A stretch of DNA of 43,992 nt from Chlorokybus atmophyticus (Eukaryota > Plantae > Mesostigma and Chlorokybus algae): the NCBI GenBank assembly GCA_009103225.1, contig RHPI01000975.1:54880-98871 (forward strand), read 5' to 3'. Both the position numbers and the translations under genes were made by a program. This document shows, in pieces, positions 1-12,185 of the stretch. The first letter of the stretch is position 1; each line of letters opens with the position of its first letter. Below the pieces are notes generated by a model. It saw only the letters and a program-made list of their open reading frames with translations. It made no database searches and was not told where the DNA came from.

Positions 1-52
<52 letters not shown>
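1..52. repeat. (AG)n microsatellite, mirrored by (CT)n at 5797-5848
   Basis: Pure AG dinucleotide run visible at the window start. Confidence 0.98.
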
Positions 53-55
<3 letters not shown>

Positions 56-738
56 TTTTGAATCTTGTGCATTTTATTCAAAAATATCCTTTTTGTTTGT
101 GCACCGGTATATTAGTGCAAAAGCATGGCTTGCCACATTTTAGCCTTTAACGCCCCACAGCCGCCCGGCTCGACATGGCGGACACAAGTTTCAACGTTGC
201 AAAAAATGGCGTTTGCATAATCTTCCAACCGAACCAGTGAAACCGATTCCTTTTCCGGGGCGGTGCTGTTAAACACAACAGATCTTGAGGAAAACCCCAG
301 TCGGGACCCCGAAACGGGGTTGAGAACCTCGACAATCCGATACCCAAGCCGTCGTATTCTGGTAACTTTCCTCGGACATTTGGGACCCAACGGTGTCTTT
401 ACTCCGTTAAGGGCCCATACAACCACATAAAAACTGTAGTGCTAGCCCGGTTCAATGATGGGTTACCGTATTTGCCCGGATAGAAGCCCCCCCCGAATAC
501 AAGCCCCCCTGGCAAAAAAAGGTGGTGGGCCTGTGTAAACACTTACTAGCCCCCCCGACCGTTTACAAGCCCCCCTTTTCAGACCAGCTGCTCTTACCCA
601 AACTGTATGTATAGATCATGTGCATTGAGCAAGCGTATGTGTGCAATGACCAAGGCATAAACTTCAACACTGCATGCATGCACGATAATGCTGAAATGGA
701 TGGGTTCAATATAGCAACACACTCTGAACATACAGCCT

Positions 739-3118
739 CTAGACCTCACTATCTGAGTCAGTAAGGCACTCACTGTCACTACTGATCTCCTGCACCTTTT
801 TACTGCCCTCATCATCTACTGCAGACTTGGAGACTTCCTTCTCTTTCTCCATACGCGCTGCGCGCTCATTCTCCGCATCCTCCAACACTTGCTGCTCTTC
901 AAGGGGCAGGTCCTCAAAGGGTAGAAGCTCATCCTCCTCCTCTCCGACCACATGCAGATGCTCGTCGACGATGTCATCCTGGCTGCCATCCATGTCATGA
1001 CTCAAACCACATTTGACAAATGACTTCTTGATGAGTTCAACGGGAATCTTCTCCCAGCTTCTGCGAACCCACTCGCACAACTGTGCTTCATTTGGTGGGC
1101 GTTGATGCCCAGCTGGTGTGAAGGTGTGCTGGCTGGCATCCGCCATCCACATGGTGAACTGTGTAATGCCCAAGTCAGCACTTTATCATCTTACAATGCA
1201 CACACGCGCAACAGGCTTCACTTCTCTCACCTCAGCACGCATCAAACCCTTGAAAGGCTTGTTGATTGAGACGTCAAGGGGTTGGACAATCGATGTGAGA
1301 CCACCAGGAATGACTGCCATATCAATGCGCGCATGCAGAGCATCTTGTTTGACACTGTCACACAAGTGAGCACTGAAGCTATCCCACACCAACAGCGCGC
1401 GCTGACCAAACACCTGCCATACACATACACGCGCACGGTCACAAGCATGATGAGCACACATGCATGACTGACACTTGTGTGTAGACAACAACTACCCACC
1501 TGTTTGGGGCGTTTCTTCAACACCTGTTGGACGTACAACTGCGACAAGGCTTCATTCATCCATCCCTTTGGGTTGGCCCACACAATGACCCCTACTGGCT
1601 TGAGGTCTCGCGGCACGGTTGCGCGCTTGAATATGATGACAGGCAACAATTTGGAACCATCGGCCGCACATCCAAGCACCACTGTCATGTTCTTCTTCTC
1701 ATGGCCAGTACCCTTCACATGCACATCTCTACTACCACATTGATTGATGGTTGTGCCGGCAATGAGGTTGTAAGGCATAGGAGTTTCATCTACATTCAAG
1801 ATAGCAGGCAGGCCATACTTGTTGGCAGCACGCATTGTGGTGACATACCGCCGAAAGGCATCCACTTTCTCAACCACATCTTTGGGCAAGCGTTGAGCAA
1901 CTTTGGTGCGCCTTCGCGTCACCAAATCGTGCCGCCTCATGAAGCGGCGTAGCCAACCCAAGGATGCTTTGATAGTGACTTGCTCTTCTTCATCATGGTC
2001 CTCATTCCATCTTCTGATCAATTTGCGCGCATGCTCCTGTTTATAACATACAACACATTATTGCAACGTTGCACAGTCACATATACAACCAACGCATGCA
2101 AGACATGTTCATACCTGAACCATTGGTGCACTGACTGCTAGCCCTCTTGTGCGTTGGTCTATCACATACTTCATGCATCCCTCGTCAATCATAGGAGCTT
2201 CGGCTGCCTTGCCCCCACCCTTTAGCCTAAAGCGCACCTGTGAGTTGCCTTCAATGGCAGCTCTGTTTTCCACCCATCTGCGCAAGCTCTTCGCTGACAC
2301 GGTTGTCTTGCGTGCAACCTCTTTCTTGGACCAGCCTTGATCCAGCAGGCGTAAAACCTTTTGCTGCAAATAGTTGGGGAGTGAGAAGAGAGCAGCAAGT
2401 GCGGATGTGACTGACACATGTGACTGAGTGCATGCATGTGCACCGAGTGCATCCATGTGACCGAGTGCATGCATGTGCACTGCGTGCATGTGACTGCGTG
2501 CATCCATGTGACCGAGTGCATTCACGTGCACTGAGTGCAATTATGTGACTGAGTGCATGCATGTGACTGAGTGCATGCATGTGACTCGAGTACATGCATG
2601 TGACTGCGTGCATGTATGTGACTGAGTGCATGCATGTCCATCGAGTACATGCATGTGACAGAGACAATGCGCATCATGTAGCATGGCAGGAGAGCAATGA
2701 TTATATGCAATAACTGTGCAATGACTGAGTGCCGCCGCCGCCGCCGCAGCAGCAGCCGCCTGTGATGATCAGGATGCAGAAGAGCGTCACGCTGGCGGTG
2801 AGCGCCCCGTAGGCGTTAGCCGCAGGGAGGCACCTTCAGAGCGTGGCGCACAAAAGCAGAAGAAGAATATCCGCAACCAGTTCACCAACTGGCAGAAGGT
2901 GCGTGCATGCTCATGCATTCTGTCTCTCAACGTCATGCACNAATGCATGAGCATGCACGCACCTTCTGCCAGTTGGTGAACTGGTTGCGGATATTCTTCT
3001 TCTGCTTTTGTGCGCCACGCTCTGAAGGTGCCTCCCTGCGGCTAACGCCTACGGGGCGCTCACCGCCAGCATGACGCTCTTCTGCATCCAAATTATCACA
3101 GGCGGCTGCGGCGGCGGC
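739..3118 (-). CDS. Mirror copy of the pogo transposase; exons 2963-3118, 2115-2363, 1500-2036, 1231-1413, 739-1158
   Basis: Reverse complement of the + copy with a few amino-acid differences (EWVRRSW/EWVHRSW, DSFSAH/DSFNAH, GCMKYV/GCIEYV). Confidence 0.85.
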
Positions 3119-5110
3119 ACTCAGTCATTGCACAGTTATTGCATATAATCATTGCTCTCCTACCATGCTACATGATGCGCATTGTCTCTGTCACATGCAT
3201 ATACTCGATGGACATGCATGCACTCAGTCACATACATGCACGCAGTCACATGCATGTACTCGAGTCACATGCATGCACTCAGTCACATGCATGCACTCAG
3301 TCACATAATTGCACTCAGTGCACGTGAATGCACTCGGTCACATGGATGCACGCAGTCACATGCACGCAGTGCACATGCATGCACTCGGTCACATGGATGC
3401 ACTCGGTGCACATGCATGCACTCAGTCACATGTGTCAGTCACATCCGCACTTGCTGCTCTCTTCTCACTCCCCAACTATTTGCAGCAAAAGGTTTTACGC
3501 CTGCTGGATCAAGGCTGGTCCAAGAAAGAGGTTGCACGCAAGACAACCGTGTCAGCGAAAAGCTTGCGCAGATGGGTGGAAAACAGAGCTGCCATTGAAG
3601 GCAACTCACAGGTGCGCTTTAGGCTAAAGGGTGGGGGCAAGGCAGCCGAAGCTCCTATGATTGACGAGGGATGCATAGAGTATGTGATAGACCAACGCAC
3701 AAGAGGGCTAGCAGTCAGTGCACCAATGGTTCAGGTATGAACATGTCTTGCATGCGTTGGTTGTATATGTGACTGTGCAACGTTGCAATAATGTGTTGTA
3801 TGTTATGAACAGGAGCATGCGCGCAAATTGATCAGAAGATGGAATGAGGACCATGATGAAGAAGAGCAAGTTACTATCAAAGCATCCTTGGGTTGGCTAC
3901 GCCGCTTCATGAGGCGGCACGATTTGGTGACGCGAAGGCGCACCAAAGTTGCTCAACGCTTGCCCAAAGATGTGGTTGAGAAAGTGGATGCCTTTCGGCG
4001 GTATGTCACCACAATGCGTGCTGCCAACAAGTATGGCCTGCCTGCTATCTTGAATGTAGATGAAACTCCTATGCCTTACAACCTCATTGCCGGCACAACC
4101 ATCAATCAATGTGGTAGTAGAGATGTGCATGTGAAGGGTACTGGCCATGAGAAGAAGAACATGACAGTGGTGCTTGGATGTGCGGCCGATGGTTCCAAAT
4201 TGTTGCCTGTCATCATATTCAAGCGCGCAACCGTGCCGCGAGACCTCAAGCCAGTAGGGGTCATTGTGTGGGCCAACCCAAAGGGATGGATGAATGAAGC
4301 CTTGTCGCAGTTGTACGTCCAACAGGTGTTGAAGAAACGCCCCAAACAGGTGGGTAGTTGTTGTCTACATACAAGTGTCAGTCATGCATGTGTGCTCATC
4401 ATGCTTGTGACCGTGTGCGTGTATGTGTATGGCAGGTGTTTGGTCAGCGCGCGCTGTTGGTGTGGGATAGCTTCAATGCTCACTTGTGTGACAGTGTCAA
4501 ACAAGATGCTCTGCATGCGCGCATTGATATGGCAGTCATTCCTGGTGGTCTCACATCGATTGTCCAACCCCTTGACGTCTCAATCAACAAGCCTTTCAAG
4601 GGTTTGATGCGTGCTGAGGTGAGAGAAGTGAAGCCTGTTGCGCGTGTGTGCATTGTAAGATGATAAAGTGCTGACTTGGGCATTACACAGTTCACCATGT
4701 GGATGGCGGATGCCAGCCAGCACACCTTCACACCAGCTGGGCATCAACGCCCACCAAATGAAGCACAGTTGTGCGAGTGGGTTCACAGAAGCTGGGAGAA
4801 GATTCCCGTTGAACTCATCAAGAAGTCATTTGTCAAATGTGGTTTGAGTCATGACATGGATGGCAGCCAGGATGACATCGTCGACGAGCATCTGCATGTG
4901 GTCGGAGAGGAGGAGGATGAGCTTCTACCCTTTGAGGACCTGCCCCTTGAAGAGCAGCAAGTGTTGGAGGATGCGGAGAATGAGCGCGCAGCGCGTATGG
5001 AGAAAGAGAAGGAAGTCTCCAAGTCTGCAGTAGATGATGAGGGCAGTAAAAAGGTGCAGGAGATCAGTAGTGACAGTGAGTGCCTTACTGACTCAGATAG
5101 TGAGGTCTAG
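2731..5110 (+). CDS. pogo-family transposase (HTH + CENP-B-type HTH + DDE_1 + acidic tail); exons 2731-2898 (no ATG), 3486-3734, 3813-4349, 4436-4618, 4691-5110
   Basis: All four introns are GT-AG and phase 0, joining into one open frame: RNQFTNWQK|QKVLRLLDQGWSKKEVARKTTVSAKSLRRW, ASLGWLRRFMRRHDL, LNVDETP, LVWDSF, QPLDVSINKPFK. An in-frame TGA at 2722-2724 precedes exon 1, so the start codon is missing. Confidence 0.88.
3213..3435. repeat. Intronic minisatellite, ~18-bp unit GCATGCACTCAGTCACAT (mirror copy ~2414-2636)
   Basis: Tandem degenerate copies inside pogo intron 1; these produce the spurious His/Met-rich ORFs. Confidence 0.85.
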
Positions 5111-5407
5111 AGGCTGTATGTTCAGAGTGTGTTGCTATATTGAACCCATCCATTTCAGCATTATCGTGCATGCATGCAGTGTTGAAGTTTATGCCTTGGT
5201 CATTGCACACATACGCTTGCTCAATGCACATGATCTATACATACAGTTTGGGTAAGAGCAGCTGGTCTGAAAAGGGGGGCTTGTAAACGGTCGGGGGGGC
5301 TAGTAAGTGTTTACACAGGCCCACCACCTTTTTTTGCCAGGGGGGCTTGTATTCGGGGGGGGCTTCTATCCGGGCAAATACGGTAACCCATCATTGAACC
5401 GGGCTAG

Positions 5408-5793
5408 CACTACAGTTTTTATGTGGTTGTATGGGCCCTTAACGGAGTAAAGACACCGTTGGGTCCCAAATGTCCGAGGAAAGTTACCAGAATACGACGG
5501 CTTGGGTATCGGATTGTCGAGGTTCTCAACCCCGTTTCGGGGTCCCGACTGGGGTTTTCCTCAAGATCTGTTGTGTTTAACAGCACCGCCCCGGAAAAGG
5601 AATCGGTTTCACTGGTTCGGTTGGAAGATTATGCAAACGCCATTTTTTGCAACGTTGAAACTTGTGTCCGCCATGTCGAGCCGGGCGGCTGTGGGGCGTT
5701 AAAGGCTAAAATGTGGCAAGCCATGCTTTTGCACTAATATACCGGTGCACAAACAAAAAGGATATTTTTGAATAAAATGCACAAGATTCAAAA

Positions 5794-5796
<3 letters not shown>
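5408..5796 (+). mobile_element. Possible CACTA/EnSpm terminus (mirror copy ends at 441)
   Basis: Sequence begins CACTACAGTTTTT 24 bp beyond the pogo end. No partner terminus or TSD found in the window. Confidence 0.35.
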
Positions 5797-5861
<65 letters not shown>

Positions 5862-5881
5862 TCTCTTTCTCTCTCTCTCTC
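5797..5881. repeat. (CT)n microsatellite
   Basis: Visible CT run, degenerate after ~5857. Confidence 0.97.
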
Positions 5882-7010
5882 ACATATAAACATATGAAAA
5901 TGACGTAATGCATAAATGTGCAAAAGCATGCGAGCTTCGCGCATGCAATGAATGAAAGTTTTAATTATACTTGTATACATTTTATTGTGCTTGCACAGAG
6001 CGCATGCAAATGTCACAGTAGTTTGCTTGCTGGATGTGAAAAAGCTTGCACGGTTCGTGCGCAAAAAGTACAATAATACGCTTGGATTACTCAACCACAC
6101 CTAAATATATCAAAAGAGCGCATCCATGTGTATCAACAGCATGCTTGTTATTATGTATAAATTACAATTGAACATCATACTTTTACATGCACAAAGGTCT
6201 ATCAATATTATACATGGTCATTCCACCTAACAAACCATTATAATATAAGATATAATTGACAAATAATGTGCATGTCGTTTATCGATTATTTGATAGTAAC
6301 AAACAATGCAACTTGTAAGCAAACAAGGTGCATGGGTGTGTGGAAAGGCTTTGTGCGCATTAAAAAACCATTGACACTTACATTATTGCCCGCCTATGCC
6401 GACAGTAAGAGCACACACATGTGTGACAAGCCCTTTTTGATATTTTGTTACGATACATATATTTACTGCAACACACGGTTTTATAATATCGTGTGTTGCA
6501 AGTATAAAAAAAGGCATGCAAATGTCATAAACACATTTAATCCATAAATAGAGAGAGAGTGCTAACACTTGAGCACTTTTCGCGCATACATTAAAACCAA
6601 CATCTAAATACACATGTACTTGCATGCGCTACTCATGCATATATAGTACATATATGTACACATTGCATGCATGTGTAACAAATTAAATGCATCAAGCTTT
6701 GAGGAAGTTTTTAAATCTTGCGCGCTTCGTGCATATGTATTAAAAGTAGCACACATGTACTTTCACCAACCTTAATGCGCATGTGCTTATACGCAAATAA
6801 TTTGAATGGTATGTGAGTCTACATAAGATGTTATATGCTAGAATATATACGACTTGCGCACATGTGCTGATACGGATAGTGCATATGTATGACATATAAG
6901 ATGCAGGGATTGTGGCATGCACGAGAGTGTGATGCAAGCAACACACCACGAAACTGCAGAGTTGGAGGCTATACACTGACATTCACAGGTGTGTGACAAC
7001 TTGTCATGCA

Positions 7011-7206
7011 AGGGTGTGTCTCGCGGTGGGAGTATATACTCGAATGCATAAAAGTGTCGAGAACGAGAAAAGATAATGGGCAGCCTGTAGGTGCCCAAGC
7101 AGAGGACACCAAAGCTGTAATGCAGTGGTGGGTGAAGGAGACAGTGAGGAGGAAAAATTAATGTGTAGTCTTTCTAGCTTGATAGAGAGTGGTAGTTACT
7201 CAAAAA
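7011..7206. repeat. Second, diverged partial copy of the Gypsy LTR at 7876-8143
   Basis: GGGTGTGTCT...CAAGCAGAGGACACCAAAGCTGTAATG...CTTGATAGAGAGTGGTAGTTACTCAA is shared with ~7951-8141 in the same orientation. Confidence 0.8.
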
Positions 7207-7875
7207 GCTCCTGTACAAGGACGCTTGGGGAAAGCACACAGCAATTACGCAGTATTTGTTTGCGGGGGTAAATAGATAAGAGACGAGATCACACACTATT
7301 AGCACCAAATATGCAAGTGCGAGCACGCACGGTTATAACTGAACAGTGAGTGGAGTGCAAGCAAGCACTGCAGCAGTGTAAGTATGATGCAGTGTGCAGG
7401 TAGCAAATGGGATGGCTACAAGCATGAGAGCAAGAGTGTACACTTATAAGTGCATAGGCAATGCGAGTCCAGGGATAAAAACCTGTCTGTCGGTGCAGCT
7501 GGTACAGTTTTAACAACACATATACAACTATTGCTGGACTACTTGCACTGCGGGGGTTCTACTTTACTGAGCCTCATGCGCTCATCCACCCCAAAGTGGG
7601 CCGACTGGTCAATCTTGGACAATGCCGCCGCAGCTTTTGCTCCAGTACGTCCACTTGCAATTCACTGCCGACGCTACTGGTGGGAGTTGCCTAAGTGGAC
7701 TGACAGGAAGGCCCTCCACCACAGAGACTGCGTCCCCATTAATGGAGGTCAATGCTGGCAGTCGGCTGTCACGCGGCTCGCCGACATAAGGGCTGCGTCC
7801 TGATCGGCGGGGCTCAGGAGCCCAATTGTTGAACATAGTTTGACTGATCCAGATGTCAACAGGGCAACACTAGTG

Positions 7876-8143
7876 TGTTATGGGGTGCGACAGGAAAGTG
7901 CGATCGGGTCACCACTGTAATAGCTGTTGTGTAAGGAGGCCTCCACTGCAGGGTGTGTCTTGCGGTGAGAGTATGTACTCGAATGCGTACAAGTGTTGAT
8001 ACCGAGAAAAGATACCGGGCAGCCTGCAGGGGGCCAAGCAGAGGACACCAAAGCTGTAATGTCGTGGCGGTGAAGGAGACAGTGAGGAGGAAAAATATTT
8101 GTGTGGTCTTTACAGCTTGATAGAGAGTGGTAGTTACTCAACA
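7876..8143 (-). repeat. Putative 3' LTR of a minus-strand Ty3/Gypsy remnant
   Basis: Bounded by TGTT...AACA. On the minus strand it follows a purine run (GCAGGGGGGAAG, PPT-like) at the end of the integrase frame. Confidence 0.65.
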
Positions 8144-9165
8144 AGCTTCCCCCCTGCTTGATTATCGTCCTCGTGATTAGCTTGGCACCAGTGACAGCGC
8201 CATGGCAGCTCCGCGGAGGTGGTGGCAACGTCGGGGTCAACCACAGCAGGTGTGACGCCGAGGCTGCATGCTGGGTGCCAGTATTCCCAACAGGTGTTAC
8301 GCTCCTTCAACGGCTGATCGGTGGAGGCGCACCCGGTGCATTTTATTATACGAACCCGCGGGCGGGTTTTCCCAGACCTTCGATGTACGGGGGATGACAG
8401 GGAAAATAATTATCCACATGATCTGTCATAAAGGTGCCTACAGGGTTATGCAGTATTAGGGTTCCTTGAGCGCGCACCCGAGCCACCTTGTACACCATGC
8501 CGTAGTTGGCTGAGTCCAGGGTGTTGGTGGTTTGCTTCTTGCCGTAAATGTAGTCCCCTCGGTGAAACCTGCAAGTCTGAGGCACGTAGTTGCCGCTGCG
8601 CACGTTTTCGTAGCGGCGCTGGTCTCTGCGTTGCGCAGCCTTGAGGTTGTCCAGGGCAGAGGGTATTGCTGTCACGAGCAGGTTGGCGCGGGTAGTCAGC
8701 ATTTCTATCATGTGGGTGGGTTTGTTAATGATGTCCTCAACTGCCTCTGCAGCATGGCGGACGTGGAAGGGGTGCAATGGTTCCCTTCCAAACATAAGGA
8801 AGTACGAACTAAAGGAGCGCAGGGCTGCTCGGCGGGTACAGCGGTATCCGGGAGCAAGCCAAGGCAAGAATGCATCCCATTGTTCTTGCGGATGGGCAAC
8901 GCAATAATGCCGAAAAGGTTTTTGGGTTGTCTACACCATTTTATTCTGCAAGCCCTTTGGCTTGTGGGTGATCACAGCTGGTGCGGCGGTAATCGATGAG
9001 CGGTTGAAAAGGCTGTAAAATTCCCCCTAGAATTCGGTGCCCTGGTCGGTGAGGAGTTCTGCACAGGCGCCGAACCTGCTGAGTATACGATCAAGGAAGA
9101 CCAACGTCACTGTAGTGGCAAACTTGTTTGGCAGGGGGATAAGCTCGACTCTGATGCACCAGGCG
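8135..9165 (-). pseudogene. Ty3/Gypsy integrase remnant (rve core + C-terminal region with degenerate PHD finger)
   Basis: VELIPLPNKFATTVTLVFLDRILSRFGACAELLTDQGTEF, HPQAKGLAE, SYFLMFGREP. After a frameshift: KCTGCAST...RNTCWEYWHPAC...WRCHWC. In-frame stops present. Confidence 0.85.
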
Positions 9166-9425
9166 TGCGTTACCTTAGGGCAGTTGCTGCAACACTCTGT
9201 TTAAGCAGGCTCTCTGCCGCCGCTGCTGTCTTTGGCCTGGTGTGTGTGGACTGTCTGTGTCTATTAGCGCCCTGCCCTGCACTGGACTGTGATTATTTAT
9301 TCTCGAGGAGCCACGCCGTTCGAGGCGTAATTGGAGAGACAGAGAGAAGACACCATACATGACGGAGCGGCTTTAGACGCTTGCTGAAAACGGGTTCTCT
9401 GTGCTTTTGACTTGTGCGCGTCTGA

Positions 9426-9550
9426 CTTCTCCTGCCTGAGCCAAGCAGCAGCGGAAGGCAGCCCTCCAGGTTGCCAGCAGCTGCTGGCGGCAGGGAGGCT
9501 GCCTTCTGCTGCTGCAAGTAGTGCCGCTTATCGGCTCAGGCAGGAGGAAG
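9426..9550. other. ~125-nt GC-rich foldback hairpin
   Basis: CTCCTGCCTGAGCC/GGCTCAGGCAGGAG outer arms, GCAGCAGCGGAAGGCAGCC/GGCTGCCTTCTGCTGCTGC inner arms, central palindrome GCCAGCAGCTGCTGGC. Confidence 0.85.
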
Positions 9551-9769
9551 CAGCTTCTGCTGCTGAGCGCTTTGCAGGCGAGTGACAGTGGGTGGTTGCA
9601 TGAATGTCTGCCGCTGCCTTCACCGTTTGCAATTCTCTGTGCTTAGACTCTTGCATGGAGTGCTTGCCCTCATGCTGATCTGCATGCAGCCCGCAAGGCG
9701 TCTACTGCATCCGTCCGAAAAGGTAAGTAAGTACTACTTACCAAGTTAGTGACTTGGTTTGCAAGTGCC

Positions 9770-10300
9770 TACATGTCTACAACATAGCCGTTTGCATGCG
9801 ACAGCCTTTGCACGGACTGAGACACAGAGGCAGGCAACAGTCGCACTCACACTCACACCCTGCCGCATCATTGGCAGCATGGATTTCCGTCACGTTTACC
9901 AACTCATTCACACACCATCGACAGCAACTCTCTCTGCGCACACACTCACACTCTTAGTTGTCACAAGTCGGGACATGGGCAAGTTGGCACGCATTTGAAT
10001 ACGCTCACTGACGAAATGATTCCTAGGTCATCGCAGCGTCTTACGGCTGTAAACATGTACGACACCCTATATAGACTCTCTCCAACAATGTGCAGCTCAT
10101 GAGGAGGTGGCAGCGCTGCTGGGCCGCCTGCGTGTGGGACGAACAGCGATAAGTGCGTGTTGCTCCTCCTTTGTGTGAAACACGCAATGTGTTGTTCAGC
10201 ACAACACGAAGAAAAGTACTCGTTTTTGTGCTGATGATGATGATGCAGTTGCACGACAGCGGGGCTGCATAAAAGTGCGTACAAGTGCACGCGAATGAGG
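9770..10300 (-). pseudogene. Possible decayed MULE/SWIM zinc-finger fragment
   Basis: YRVSY...PTCPCPDL*QLR..VC resembles a SWIM CxC..CxH start; TRTYRCSSH and CRHL motifs lie nearby. Heavily interrupted. Confidence 0.25.
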
Positions 10301-10518
10301 ACGAGGTGCGGCGTCTTGCGTTGGAGCTGTCCGTATTATAGAGAGAGATATCTAAAGCAGCTAAAGGTATACGTACAGCGCCCAACCACAACCATCATGA
10401 GGCGTGTAGCAGATTGACAACATTGTAGTATACTGCAGGTGCAAGGTGGCACGTCACACATTACTGTAAGCATTGGTACTTCTGTTCAGGCACACGTCGT
10501 GTGTATTCTTTAAGCGCT

Positions 10519-10520
<2 letters not shown>

Positions 10521-10592
<72 letters not shown>
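10521..10592. repeat. (GA)n microsatellite
   Basis: Visible GA run. Confidence 0.97.
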
Positions 10593-10594
<2 letters not shown>

Positions 10595-12185
10595 CAACCA
10601 ATGGTAAAGTGCAGGTTGGGCATACAAAGGTAGTCTCGCACTGATGTGTATAGATGTACACGGGTTGTAGCACAGCGCCAGCTCGGTAATGGGGTTGGGT
10701 ATGCAAAGTATGGGTGGATTAGCTATCAAACTTCGGATGAAATTAAGCAAAACCGCCACCTATCACTACAACACCACCATCAAGTAAGAGGTTTTGAGAT
10801 GGCAGATGCCATGCGCGGGTCAATCGCCACCAAGATGTACCGGAGCTGATTGGCAATGTAACTGAGTTATGTGTTGGACTGTACTTATGCCCGAACCTGA
10901 ACGCTGAGTCATGCGAGGGTGCGACTTGCGCATGCATACAATTTGTGTCAGTGCTTTAAGGGCACTTGCACATGCATGTGGCTTGACGTTGCGGTGCCTC
11001 ATGAGACGGAGCAATGTTCATGCACAGAGTCACAACAATCCATGCAGTGCACTGAGCCTGTGCATGCAGACAAGACGGCCCGAGGCGAACTGTCGCATTG
11101 CACTCCAATGTTGTGTTCGTGTATGTGCGCGGGCATGCACGCGCTCGTGTGCGCGCGCGGGTGTGTCATCCCCGCTTGCTTCGCATGCTTCACGATGATC
11201 ATAAACAACACAGGAATACCGAGTTGGAGTGCTGTACTCAACAGAAGAAGCAATATCTGCGCGGGCACTTACTAGCTAGTAGTATCAGTAGCTCACTCTT
11301 CCGTATTGCAGTCACAACGCCGCGGCGGTACTTGTCGACAATCGTGATATCCACACCTGCTGGTCAGGCAACAACGCCAAGCAGCACAGCCTAGAACAGA
11401 GTATGACTTGCTGACTGACTGTGCAGTGATCTACGCAAATCATTACCAGCGCTGAATCTGAAGGACATGAGTGTAATGGTGAGTGAGGAGCAGAGGCAAG
11501 TGTTCAAGCAGAGCTTGCCTGGCACTGACCAACAGCAAGGTGTGTACACACAGACGCACGAAAGTTGCCGGGTAAATACACAATGGAGTGCGGGTACATG
11601 CGTGTGCACACACAAGGGCATGCATGCGTGTGTACGCGTATCACATGGGAGTAAGTGAGGATTGGGGATGACACAACGGCAGATGCAGCGCAGTTTCGAG
11701 CACATCATGCCATGATGGGTGCAAGCGCACAGATGCGATTGCACCCACACGCGTGTGGGTGGGGGGGTGGGGGGAAAGGTATATCTACTGCGCGCTTACA
11801 CACGCATGTTCGCGTGCAGCGGATAATTGAATAGCGCGCAGGCATGTTCGCATGCATACACGCGCATGCGCACTAGGTAAGGAAATTCAACTCGTTGGCA
11901 GCTTTGAGTGGATGATGTATCACCTTGTTTTTCTTGTAAACACAAGCTTCACAAGCCCCTTTCTAAACATGTTGATTTGCAAGTACAAAATACAAACCTG
12001 CCAGCAGCTCGATTCTAAGACGCGATGAAAGCAGGTATACCACCTTGAGATGAATGTGTTTGCTGAGCGGACACATGGAGCGGACACAGAGCACACATGC
12101 TGCAATGCATACATACATGCATACACTGTACAGTGTATGTGTGCGCGCACGTATGTACTTAATTGTCGTATGCACCTTCCCGCAC

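Larger units (their letters stand above)
466..5383. mobile_element. pogo-type (IS630-Tc1-mariner superfamily) DNA transposon, two head-to-head 5'-truncated copies with outward-facing identical termini
   Basis: Terminus CCGTATTTGCCCGGATAGAAGCCCCCCCC at 466, preceded by TA (464-465). Mirror copy ends at 5383, followed by TA. CCGTA termini with TA targets fit pogo/Tc2-like elements. Transposase is internal. Confidence 0.85.
53..5796. repeat. Giant inverted duplication: arms 53-2919 and 2942-5796, 22-bp spacer 2920-2941 ending in a single N
   Basis: The ORF track is mirrored (739..1173- vs 4676..5110+; 112..426- vs 5423..5737+; coordinates sum to 5849). 2881-2919 is the exact reverse complement of 2942-2980. 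Arms differ by scattered SNPs and small indels. Confidence 0.95.

Noticed and set aside
2222-3627. His/Met/Cys-rich ORFs and regular repeats that could suggest a CRISPR-like array
   Set aside because: An intronic minisatellite with no unique spacers; the ORFs are by-products of the repeat
5860-6960. Several short ORFs in AT/TGCA-rich sequence (similarly 10620-12150)
   Set aside because: Low complexity with no recognisable motifs; treated as noncoding
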